A stretch of 64,000 nt of DNA from an uncultured Planctomycetota bacterium (GTDB lineage Bacteria > Planctomycetota > Planctomycetia > Isosphaerales > Isosphaeraceae), in the NCBI GenBank assembly GCA_963823665.1, contig CAWGMQ010000010.1, positions 2,272,001 to 2,336,000 of the forward strand, in the 5' to 3' direction. Shown here piece by piece: positions 1 to 9,684 of this stretch. The notes beneath the pieces were generated by a model. The model searched no databases. It saw only the letters and a list, made by a program, of their open reading frames with translations, and was not told the origin of the DNA. Numbering within the stretch: position 1 is the stretch's first letter; each line of letters begins with the position of its first letter. The position numbers and the translations under genes were made by a program.

Positions 1-1422
1 GGCCAGGATGCACACGAGCCCAATTCCCAGCCAGCGCGCGCTCCAGACGGCGCCGAACTGCTTGCCGCGGATGACCTCGCGCGGGGTCAAGAGAGTCGTC
101 GCCAGGCTGATCCAGGTATCCCCCTCTCGTTCGGACGTGATGCTCGAGGCCGCCGCCGCGCCGATCGGCAGGATGGCCAGCACCGCCAGCGCTGCGGTCG
201 ATGTCCGCAGGCCGAGGTTGATTTCATCCCAGATGCGCGTGCGGTGCTTGCCGCTGACCAGATCAGCAACCACGGATGCCGACATATCGGCGAGATAGCA
301 GCACAAAAGCACGATGAAGAACAGGGCAACCGGCCGGCTGCCCAGCCATTTCAGCCCGCCACCCATGCGCGTGAATCGCTCCTTCCAGAGCATCGGGTCT
401 TCGCCGCAAGAGGGACGGTCCCTTCGCGTGGCCAGAAGCGCATTGCGCGTGAGCGCGGCGGTCGCGCGTGCCTCGACGACCTGCCGGAACCGTGTGCGAA
501 TGCGAGTGAACCAGCCCGTCTGCGGTTTGGCGCCGGGCCAGGCCGTGCCGCGAAGGGGACGAAGCGTGGCAATGGCCACAATCAGGAAAAGTGAGCCGCC
601 GAGCGCCTGAATGCCCGACATCAATCCGAAGTTCCACTCAAACGAATTCCAGGAAGCCGCCCAGCCCGGAGTGAAGCCGATCATCGGGTTGTAGCTCCGC
701 ATGGTCGAGAGCGACCACACGTGAATCGGATTGAACGTGAGCAGTGCACGGTTCACCTGATCCGTCCAGCCCAGCGGCCCGTCTTCGAACAGAGCCGTGA
801 TTCCCTTCGTGAACGGCGCGGACAGCCAGATCGCTCCCAGACCATAAGTGGCCAGGATGGCGTCGCGCGGGCGCCTGGCCAGCACCGAGATCAGCGTCGA
901 GAATCCGGCCGCAAACAGCACCATGGTCGCCGTCCCCATGTAAACATAAAAGATGTTGACCGGATTCAGCCCGCCGTAGAGCATGAGCAAGCTGACGATC
1001 GGCAGACCAAGCGCAACGAACGCGACGACGTGAACGAGCCGCGCGCCGAGCTTGCCAAGCACGATCTCGGCACTCGAGAGCCGGCTGGCCAGCAGGTAAT
1101 GCAGTGTCTTTCTCTGGTACTCGTCGGGGATGATCCCGGCGACGAGCGCCGGGATCAGCAGCAAGAGCGCCAGCCCCTGCACGCCCGCGAACTGGATGAA
1201 CGCGTCTTCCGCGAAGGCCTGGACTTCCTCGAGCGAGCTCGGCTTGTAATAGAAGGGCCTCGCCCTGGCCCCCGCTTCGTGCTCCGCCTCCCAGTTGCGA
1301 AACAAGACCCAGAGCTGGCTGAGCAAGACCAGACCGTAGATCACTCTCAAAACGTAATACCGGCGGCGGCGCGACGTGGTGATCAGCTCATACCGCATTA
1401 CCGGGCCCAGGCTGAAGAACAT
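1..1422 (-). CDS. ABC-2-type transporter permease, planctomycete family (3' end outside window); paralogue of 1483-3258
   Basis: Not in the ORF track because it runs off the edge. Manual minus-strand translation from ATG at 1422 gives MFFSLGPVMRYELITTSRRRRYYVLRVIYGL...IIPDEYQRKTLHYLLASRLSSAEIVLGKLGARL, closely matching the neighbouring permease. Confidence 0.8.
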   Translation of the reverse strand, partial: MFFSLGPVMRYELITTSRRRRYYVLRVIYGLVLLSQLWVLFRNWEAEHEAGARARPFYYKPSSLEEVQAFAEDAFIQFAGVQGLALLLLIPALVAGIIPDEYQRKTLHYLLASRLSSAEIVLGKLGARLVHVVAFVALGLPIVSLLMLYGGLNPVNIFYVYMGTATMVLFAAGFSTLISVLARRPRDAILATYGLGAIWLSAPFTKGITALFEDGPLGWTDQVNRALLTFNPIHVWSLSTMRSYNPMIGFTPGWAASWNSFEWNFGLMSGIQALGGSLFLIVAIATLRPLRGTAWPGAKPQTGWFTRIRTRFRQVVEARATAALTRNALLATRRDRPSCGEDPMLWKERFTRMGGGLKWLGSRPVALFFIVLLCCYLADMSASVVADLVSGKHRTRIWDEINLGLRTSTAALAVLAILPIGAAAASSITSEREGDTWISLATTLLTPREVIRGKQFGAVWSARWLGIGLVCILA

Positions 1423-1482
1423 CAACGACTCCGAGAATAAACGGTTGATAGTGACTGAACGCCCTGGCGATGAATCCCGCGA

Positions 1483-3258
1483 TCAGGCTCGCCCCCACGT
1501 CGCTGCCAGGCGATTGATCGACCAGAGGCTCAGCAACCCCGCCAGGATCGAATTGACCGCCGAGAGAACGGCTGCGCCCACGAGGGGCGGAACGACGAAG
1601 TTTCTCCAGGAATAACCGGCAGGAATCTGCCCGGACCACATGTAGCGGACGTCGGCGTAGGAAGCCAGCGATTGCCAGAACATGACGGGCCAGCCGCTGG
1701 CCCACACGAACGCGAACATCACGACGAAGGTGAAGAACGCCGCGCGGGTCGAGTTGCGGGCGAGCGTCGAGGCGAGCACCCCGATCGCCGCGGTCAGCCA
1801 GGATGACGTCACCAGAATCGCCAGCGCCGCAATGAGTCCCAGTGGATGAAACGCTCCCAGGAGCGTGCCGGAGCCCAGGAGCGCGACGAGCCCGATCCCG
1901 AGCCAGCGCGCGCTCCAGATCGACCCGAGCATCTTTCCGCGAATGACTTCCACCGGTGTCAGCAATGTGGTCGCCAGACTCGTCCACGTGTCCTGCTCGC
2001 GCTCGGAAGTGATGCTCGCGGCCCCCGCCGCGCTGATCGGCAGCATGACGAGCGCCGCGAGAATGGCGCTCGAGGTGCGCAGGGCCGAGTTGATCTCGAG
2101 CCAGGTGTGGCCTTGCCACCACTGCCTCGAGAAGCCGGCGACCGCGGGCGCGGCCACGTCGAAGAGATAGCAACCCAGAAGCACGATGAAAAAAAGCGCC
2201 ACCGGCCTGCTCCCCAGCCACTTGAGGCCGCCACCCATGCGCGTGAATCGCTCTTTCCAGAGCATTGGATCGTCGCCGCACGACGGGCGATCGGGTCGCC
2301 TGGCGAGCAGCTCGTTTCGCGTGACCGCCGCCATGGCGCGCGCGTCGACGAACCGGCGGTACCGCCCGGTGAGCCGGGTGAACCACCCTGTCTGTGGCTG
2401 GGCGCCGGGCCACGAGCTGCCCCGAAGCGGCCGCAGCCCGGCTACCGCCACGCCGAGGAAGAGCAGACCGGAGAGCGTCTGGATGACCGCCATGATCGCA
2501 AAGTGCCACTCGAAGCCGATCCGGACTTGCAGGAACGGCAGCCGGGCCGTGTAAAACCACGGGTTATTCTGATAGGTCGCGTTCACCCAGACCTTGATGG
2601 GATTGGAGAGGATCAAGAAGTCGACCAAGGGCGGAACCCAGCCGAGCGGCCCCTCCAGCTCGAGCCCCTCGAGCCAGTGTGACGCCAGCAGCCAGACCAC
2701 CCCCAGCCCGTAAGTCGCCAGGATCGCGTCACGCGGCCGCCGCGCCAGAGTCGAGGTGAGAATCGAAAACCCCGACACGAAGAGCACGACCGTCGCCGTG
2801 CCCATGTAAACATAAAAGATGTTGACCGGATTGAGCCCGCCGTAAAGCATGAGCAACGCGACAACCGGCAGCCCGAGCGCGACAAACGCAACCACATGTA
2901 CGAGCCGTGCCCCCAGCTTGCCCAGCACGATCTCGGCGCTCGAAAGCCGGCTGGCCAGCAGGTAGTGCAGCGTCTTCCGCTGGTATTCGTCGGCGATAAC
3001 TCCGGCCACGAGTGCGGGTACGAGCAGCAAGAGACAAAGCCCCTGCACGCCCGCGAAATAGATGAATGCGCTTTCCGCAAACTCCTGGATCTGCGTCAGC
3101 GTGCCCCCTGCCGGGTGGTTCAGCTCCCACAACTGAAACAACATGGTGAGCTGAGTCAGCAAGAGAAGGCCGTAGATCACTCTCAGGAAGTAATACCGCC
3201 GGCGCCGCGACGTGGTGATCAGCTCATACCGCATCACCGGCCCCAGGCTCAGCATCAT
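1483..3258 (-). CDS. ABC-2-type transporter permease subunit with two permease repeats
   Basis: Multi-TM protein with IADEYQRKTLHYLLASRLSSAEIVLGKL and SITSEREQDTWTSLATTLLTPVEVIRGKM motifs. The ORF track starts at 3312; ATG 3258 follows a GGAG. Confidence 0.8.
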   Translation of the reverse strand: MMLSLGPVMRYELITTSRRRRYYFLRVIYGLLLLTQLTMLFQLWELNHPAGGTLTQIQEFAESAFIYFAGVQGLCLLLLVPALVAGVIADEYQRKTLHYLLASRLSSAEIVLGKLGARLVHVVAFVALGLPVVALLMLYGGLNPVNIFYVYMGTATVVLFVSGFSILTSTLARRPRDAILATYGLGVVWLLASHWLEGLELEGPLGWVPPLVDFLILSNPIKVWVNATYQNNPWFYTARLPFLQVRIGFEWHFAIMAVIQTLSGLLFLGVAVAGLRPLRGSSWPGAQPQTGWFTRLTGRYRRFVDARAMAAVTRNELLARRPDRPSCGDDPMLWKERFTRMGGGLKWLGSRPVALFFIVLLGCYLFDVAAPAVAGFSRQWWQGHTWLEINSALRTSSAILAALVMLPISAAGAASITSEREQDTWTSLATTLLTPVEVIRGKMLGSIWSARWLGIGLVALLGSGTLLGAFHPLGLIAALAILVTSSWLTAAIGVLASTLARNSTRAAFFTFVVMFAFVWASGWPVMFWQSLASYADVRYMWSGQIPAGYSWRNFVVPPLVGAAVLSAVNSILAGLLSLWSINRLAATWGRA

Positions 3259-3481
3259 CCATTGCTCCACACAAACCAGGATCTTCGTCCGACTTCTGTC
3301 CGAGAGATCCATTGAATCCTAATCAGTTCCGGAATTCCACGCCAGAATCGATTCCAATTTTCGCATTGAACCGGCGAGCGCTCCGGGGCGATAATACGGT
3401 GTAGTCCCTCCGTGCATCGCCCTCCCATGAATGAGCTTCCAGAACTAATGCTTCAGGAAACGCCAAGATTCGACCGCTGCA

Positions 3482-5844
3482 GTGCGCGCTTCGCGCGGAC
3501 TGGCCCACTTGAGGCTTCGGCCCGGTTTCTTCGTGCTCGGCTTGCTGGCACTCACTCCACGACTCGCGCCTGCCCAGGAGCCGGTCGATTTCCGGCGCGA
3601 CGTCTTGCCGATCCTGTCGCAAAACTGCTTCACCTGCCACGGGCCCGATTCCAAGACGCGTAAGGCCGATTTGCGGCTCGACCTCAAGGAGGGGGCCCTC
3701 AGAACCAAAGACCCGGTGATCGTGCCGGGCAAAAGCGGCGAGAGCGAGGTCTTCCATCGCGTCTCGAGCAAGGATCCCGACGAACTGATGCCGCCGCCGA
3801 AATCGGGCAAGAAGCTCTCACCGGCTCAAATCGAAGCCCTCAAGAGATGGATCGACCAGGGCGCGCAGTGGAAGGGGCACTGGGCGTTCGAGCCGATCAC
3901 CCGGCCGAGCCCGCCGCCAGTGCGTGAGGCGGCGTGGGTCAAGAACCCTATCGACCGATTTGTGCTCGCCGAGCTGGAATCCAAAGGGCTTGCGCCCAGT
4001 CCGGAGGCGGACCTGACCACGCTTGCTCAGACGGTTGAGCCTCGACCTGGCTGGAGTGCCGCCCGCACCGGAGGAGGTCGACGCATTCCTGGCTGCGGGA
4101 CCAAGGGCCTACGGAGAACACGTCGACCGTCTGCTGGCTTCGCCGCTCTACGGCGAGCGCATGGCGATGGACTGGCTCGACGGCGCCCGCTTTGCCGATA
4201 CCAACGGCTACCAGAACGACTTTGCCCGCACGATGTGGCCCTGGCGCAACTGGGTGATCGCCGCCTACAACCGCAACCAGCCGTTCGACCAGTTCCTGAC
4301 CGAGCAGCTCGCCGGCGACCTGCTGCCCAAGCCGTCACTCGGACAGAAAATCGCCACAGGCTTCAACCGCAACAACCGCACGGTCACCGAAGCCGGCTCG
4401 ATCGAGGAAGAATGGCGCATCGAGAATGCCGTCGACCGCGTCGAGACGACGGCGACCGTATTTCTGGGACTGACGATGGGCTGCGCCCGCTGCCACGACC
4501 ACAAGTTCGATCCGGTCTCGCAGCAGGAGTTCTACCAGTTCCTGGGGTTTTTCAACAGCGTCAACGAGCAAGGTGTATATACGGAAACTCGCGGTAATGT
4601 ACCGCCGCTCGTCCAGCTTCCGACCGAGAAAGACAACAAGCGGCAAAAGGAGCTCGAAATCGCCCTGGCCGCCGCCCAGAAGCGCGGGGACAAGAAGGAA
4701 ATCGATAAGTTCGACCAAGGAGAAGGAAGCGTTCTCAAAGGCGATCACCAGCGTGATGGTGATGGAAGACACACCCAAGCCACGGCCGACCTACGTGCTC
4801 AAGCGCGGCCGCTACGACATGCCTGACACGCGCCATGCAGCTCGAGCCTGGCGTGCCCGGTTCGCTGCCGGCCTTGCCCAAGGGTGCCCGGGCCAACCGT
4901 CTCGGGCCTGGCGGCCTGGCTCTGCTCGCCGGCGAACCCGCTCACCGCGCGGGTGGCCGTCAACCGAGTCTGGCAGCACCATTTCGGCACGGGGCTGGTG
5001 AAAACGGCCGAGAATTTCGGAGTTCAGGGCGAGCCGCCATCGCACCCGGAGCTGCTCGACTGGCTCTCGAGCGAGTTGATCGACTCCGGCTGGGACTTGA
5101 AGGGACTGCACCGCCTGATCGTGACGAGCGCCACTTTTCGCCAGCGATCCCGAGCGAGCGCCGCGTTACTGGCTCGCGACCCGGAAAACCGCCTGCTGGC
5201 GCGCGGACCGCGATTTCGCCTGCCGGCCGAGGTCGTGCGCGACAATGCTCTGGCGATCTCCGGCCTGCTCGTCAAGCGTCTGGGCGGCCCGTCGGTGAAG
5301 CCTTATCAGCCGGCCGGCCTCTGGGAAGAACTGGCCGGCGGCGCGGGCGAAGCACCCTACGTACAAGACAAGGGACACGAGCTCTACCGCCGCAGCCTCT
5401 ACGTCTACCGCAAGCGAACGGTGCCGCATCCGATCATGGCGAACTTCGATGCCCCCAGCCGCGAAGTCTGCCAGGTGAAGCGGCCGCGCACCAACACGCC
5501 GCTCCAGGCGCTCGAGCTGCTCAATGACCTGACCTACGTCGAGGCCGCGCGAAAGCTCGCCGAGACGGCGATCAAGGAGGGAGGCGCAACCGAATCCCAG
5601 CGCCTGGTTTATGCCTTCCGGCGCGCGCTCAGTCGATTGCCCTCGGCCGCCGAGCTCGAGTTTCTGCTGCGCGGGCTGAGCGCGATATCAAGAGACGTTT
5701 CGACAGGATCCTGCGGCCGCGCAGCAGTTCATTCAGCTTGGCGACAGCCCCCGGGATAACCAGGTCGAACCAGTTATGCTCGCGTCATACACAGCCTCTT
5801 GCAGTGTCATCCTGAATCTGGACGAAACCATCACGCTCGAATAA
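3482..5844 (+). CDS. PSD1/DUF1549/DUF1553 planctomycete cytochrome c domain protein (several frameshifts)
   Basis: Signal peptide, CFTCH and CARCH heme motifs, HWAF, NPIDRFV, LRRLSLDL, GEPPSHPELLDWL, TNTPLQAL and terminal LNLDETITLE* (TAA 5842-5844). Spread over ORFs 3482-4597, 4023-4826, 4573-5001 and 4884-5759. Confidence 0.9.
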
Positions 5845-5862
5845 TGAATCGCGAGGCCGAAA

Positions 5863-7343
5863 GTGGATGAACTCAAGCCCGTCCAGCACGCAAACCGAAG
5901 GGTGTTCCTCAAAAGCTCCGGGGTCGGTCTGGGCACGATCGCCCTCGGCTCCCTGCTCGCTCGCGACGGCCACGCTCGCCCCGGCGGCCTTGCCGATGCG
6001 CCAGCTCGTGGCGAGGCCTCCGCAGCGAATGCACCGCTCGCAGGCCTGCCGCATTTCCCGGCCAAAGCCAAGCGCGTGATCTATCTTTTCCAGTCGGGCG
6101 CTCCGTCGCAGATGGACCTCTTCGACGACAAGACGGCGATCTCCAGCCGGCGCGGCATCGAGCTGCCCGACTCGGTGCGGATGGGTCAGCGCATCACCAC
6201 GATGACCTCGGGCCAGAAGAGCTTTCCGGTCGCCCCGTCGATCTTCCGGTTCGCCCGGTACGGCCAGAGCGGTGCCGTCGCTCAGCGAGCTTCTGCCGCA
6301 CACGGCCGGCATCGTCGACGACATCTGCATCATCCGCTCGATGCAGACCGAGGCGATCAACCACGACCCGGCGATCACGTTCGTGCAGACGGGCTCGCAG
6401 CTCGCCGGGCAGGCCCAGCATGGGGTCATGGGTTGCGTACGGTCTGGGCAGCGAAAACCAGGACCTGCCCGCGTTCGTCGTGCTGCTCTCGCGCGGGCGG
6501 ACCGACCAGCCGCTCTATGACCGCCTCTGGGGCAGCGGCTTCTTGCCCACGCGCTACCAGGGAGTCAAGCTGCGCGGCGGCAAGGAGCCCGTCCTCTATC
6601 TCGCGAATCCCGCCGGCTGCGCCCGGCCGACCCGGCGGCAGATGCTCGACGAGATCGCCGCGCTCGACGGTTTGCACCACGACGAGACCGGCGATCCCGA
6701 GATCGTGACCCGCGTCGCCCAGTACGAGCTGGGCTATCGCATGCAAGCCTCGGTCCCCGAGCTGACCGACCTCTCGAGCGAGCCCAGCTCGATCCTCGAC
6801 CTGTACGGCCCCGATGTGCAGAAGCCCGGCAGCTACGCGGCCAACTGTCTGCTCGCCCGCCGCCTGGCCGAGCGCGGCGTGCGTTTCATTCAGCTCTATC
6901 ACATGGGCTGGGACCAGCACGGCGACCTGCCGGCCCAGATCCGCAGCCAGTGCAAGGACACCGATATGGCCTCCGCGGGCCTGATCAAGGACCTGAAGCA
7001 GCGCGGCCTGCTGGATGACACACTGGTGATCTGGGGCGGCGAGTTCGGCCGCACGATCTATTCGCAGGGCACGCTGACAGCGACAAACTACGGCCGAGAC
7101 CATCACCCGCGCTGCTTCACGATCTGGCTGGCCGGCGGCGGCATCAAGCCGGGCATGACGCTGGGCGAGACCGACGACTTCTCATACAACATCGTCAAGG
7201 ACCCGGTCGAGGTCTTCGACTTGAACGCCACGATCCTGCACTTGCTCGGGATCGACCACACGCGGCTGATCTACAAATTCCAGGGCCGCGACTTCCGGCT
7301 CACGGACGTGCAAGGTAAGGTCGTGAAGCCCATTCTCGCCTGA
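5863..7343 (+). CDS. DUF1501 domain protein (sulfatase-like, Tat-type RRxFLK signal); two frameshifts
   Basis: NRRVFLK leader, [34 protein letters not shown] and GRDHHPRCF. This is the usual partner downstream of PSD1 genes. Pieces lie in ORFs 5863, 6272 and 6420. Confidence 0.9.
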
Positions 7344-7380
7344 ACGCAGCGAACAGCCGGACGTCCGCGGAGAGCCCATT

Positions 7381-7440
7381 GTCGCCTTTCGCTCCGCGAA
7401 AGTGCATATTCCTTCGCGGTGCGAACGGCGACTTTGGTAG
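7381..7440. repeat. REP-like interspersed hairpin, copy A
   Basis: GTCGCCTTTCGCTCCGCGAAAG...CCTTCGCGGTGCGAACGGCGAC-TTTGGTAG forms an imperfect inverted repeat between convergent genes. A related copy lies inverted at 28608-28670. Confidence 0.75.
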
Positions 7441-7470
7441 TCGGTTGCTGGTTACGCTGAGGCCTCTTGT

Positions 7471-9537
7471 TCAACGTACGCCGTTCGGCGCCGATGACCG
7501 TTCCTTCAGCTTGGCGGCAACATCCGCAGCTTCGCGCGCGCCGAGGATGAAGACAAACAACCGTTCGCCCGCGTCAATCCGGGCTTCAGGCTGCGTCGCA
7601 CCGCCCGGTTCGACGCCGGTGACTGGCCCTGTCGCTGTGTACGGAGTCACCGGCTCCGGTCGCAGCCCCATGCAGATCGCCAGGTACGAGCCTGACGGAA
7701 TCTCACAAGCTACGTGAGATTGTCGCTCGATGATCGGGGAATACCTGGCCTGGGCCAAGCGGTCGTTGATGGCGGATTCAGTTTTGTTATGATGCGCGCC
7801 TTCGGCAATGAATGAAGAATCGCGCACGTCGACCGAGACGCGGATCTTGCCCGGGAGTATCGTACCTTTGACCTGGAGCATCGTGCCCAGGAACTCACCT
7901 CCCCAGGTTTTTACTTTGACGGTCGCCCGCGAGGACGGCATTTTCCCCTTGCCGGGTTGCTCTGCGTTCGGGTCGGAGCTCGGGCTCGGTGGACCTGCGA
8001 CTGGCATTTGTCCCTCGCTCTCGAGCTTCATACTCTCCACGAATCTCTGTTTATACTTCGGGCCGTTAAAGACCTTGGCCGATGCCTCCTCGAACGCCGT
8101 GATCTTGGGAGCGTGGACGACCTTCGTTCTGGCGTCCGCTCCGGCACGCTTCAACCAATCACCGAGCGTCTTCTCGTCGATGATCCACGCGGAGCAGTCG
8201 CGTTCCTGATCGGGAAGCTCGCGCTGCTCGAGAAGGAAACCACGCAGGCTTTTTGGATTGCCGGCAAGAAACCGGACGTCGTAGACAATCATCGAATCCA
8301 GGTCGTCCCGAGCGGGCGCAGGGACCGCGATCGGACGGGATCCCGTGTCTGTCGATGAAGATGCCTTCTGCGCCGGGGCCGCGGCCGGTTTCTCCGCGGT
8401 TTGAGCCACTGACTGGCCAGGGCGATCTTGCGCCACGCCGGCAGATGCGGCGAAAAGAGCAGAGAATCCGGCGGCGGGCAGCGCCGCCAAGGGCCACAAA
8501 TCGAATCGCTTTCGAGACGGCTTCATGCCGAGCAGCTCCTGAATACGTGGAAGAAGGAAAGTGGAATGACCGCCAAGCGTGCTGGCGCCCGCTGGCGCGG
8601 GGGCCGACGAGAGACGAAGAAGGGCAACCGATTCGAGCGCACCGGCCAGCGCCAGAGGGTCGCTCGTCAACCGAACCGCGAGGGCATCGGCACAGAACTC
8701 CCGCTGGCGGCGAAGTGATCGCGACAGCCAGTGAACGGCCGGGTGAAAGAACAGGAACATCTCCACCATTCGCTGGGCGAGGTTGATGATGTGGTCGAGC
8801 CGCCGCGCGTGGGCAAGCTCATGGGCCAGAATCGCCTCCAGGCGATCGCGTCGAATGCCGGCAATGGCGCGCCCGGGCAACAGTATCGCGGGGCGGAAGA
8901 TCCCACCGAGAAACGGTTCTTGCACCCGAGCATGCACGAGAACTGGCGGCACGCGCGCGAGTCTCAGCCGGCGCGCCATCGCGCCTGCCGTTCGCTGGAT
9001 GTGTTCCGCGGCGGGCTCCGCCTGCCGAGACAAACGAAGCAGGCTGTTTGCTCCGAGCACGAAGCAGCCTCCGATCGTCATCACACAGAGCAGCCAAACG
9101 GTAACCAGAAATGATCGAACACGATTGGCGACTCTCACAAAGCTCGCGAGTTGATCGCGGAAATCGAAAAACGATTGTGACTGCACGCGCTCCAGCGGCG
9201 CGACGGACATCCGCAAATGTTCCTCTTCGGCGACCGTCGTGGCCCGCTCGCCCGACCTCGTGACGGTGATCATCTCAAATGACGCGGTACGATCTAACGG
9301 TAAGAGAACTGCGATTGCGTGTTGCAAAGCCATGGCGAGCACGGGCCCGACGATAACCAGCACCAGCCCAGAAAGCAGTATCGCATGCCGAGCCCGATGA
9401 GTGCATTTCACCGCGGCCTGCAGGAGGAGGGCGGCCAGCGACGCCGTCAACAGCCCGATCCACACGCTGTGCAACAGCGCCGGCCAGATCCAGCGCGAGC
9501 TCAGCTCTCGCCACGCTTCGAGCGCAAAGGCTTGCAT
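7471..9537 (-). CDS. M56 family metallopeptidase (BlaR1/MecR1-like), copy A, with secretin-like C-terminal domain
   Basis: N-terminal TM helices, AILAHELAHARRLD (HExxH), FFHPAVHWLSRSLRRQREFCADA, and LLPRIQELL at the end of the domain. Confidence 0.9.
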   Translation of the reverse strand: MQAFALEAWRELSSRWIWPALLHSVWIGLLTASLAALLLQAAVKCTHRARHAILLSGLVLVIVGPVLAMALQHAIAVLLPLDRTASFEMITVTRSGERATTVAEEEHLRMSVAPLERVQSQSFFDFRDQLASFVRVANRVRSFLVTVWLLCVMTIGGCFVLGANSLLRLSRQAEPAAEHIQRTAGAMARRLRLARVPPVLVHARVQEPFLGGIFRPAILLPGRAIAGIRRDRLEAILAHELAHARRLDHIINLAQRMVEMFLFFHPAVHWLSRSLRRQREFCADALAVRLTSDPLALAGALESVALLRLSSAPAPAGASTLGGHSTFLLPRIQELLGMKPSRKRFDLWPLAALPAAGFSALFAASAGVAQDRPGQSVAQTAEKPAAAPAQKASSSTDTGSRPIAVPAPARDDLDSMIVYDVRFLAGNPKSLRGFLLEQRELPDQERDCSAWIIDEKTLGDWLKRAGADARTKVVHAPKITAFEEASAKVFNGPKYKQRFVESMKLESEGQMPVAGPPSPSSDPNAEQPGKGKMPSSRATVKVKTWGGEFLGTMLQVKGTILPGKIRVSVDVRDSSFIAEGAHHNKTESAINDRLAQARYSPIIERQSHVACEIPSGSYLAICMGLRPEPVTPYTATGPVTGVEPGGATQPEARIDAGERLFVFILGAREAADVAAKLKERSSAPNGVR

Positions 9538-9611
9538 CGAGCCGCTCCTTTCTCGGGTCTGGCCGCATGCCGGCTTTGAAAATCGTCGAGCAACGTGCGA
9601 ATCTGCTTCAT
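9501..9611 (-). pseudogene. Duplicated 3' stump of the blaI-like gene (36-codon ORF) overlapping the M56 copy A start
   Basis: MKQIRTLLDDFQSRHAARPEKGAARCKPLRSKRGES* versus the BlaI C-terminus TEIRSLLDDFQNRRTAKPEKGAARCKPSRSKRSES*. Both overlap the downstream M56 gene by 37 nt. Confidence 0.8.
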
Positions 9612-9684
9612 AGGGACCGGGACATCTGGCTGACGTACGTGCACCGCACGGTCGTCAGCGCGGTGCTCGCTTGATCTGGAAAAA

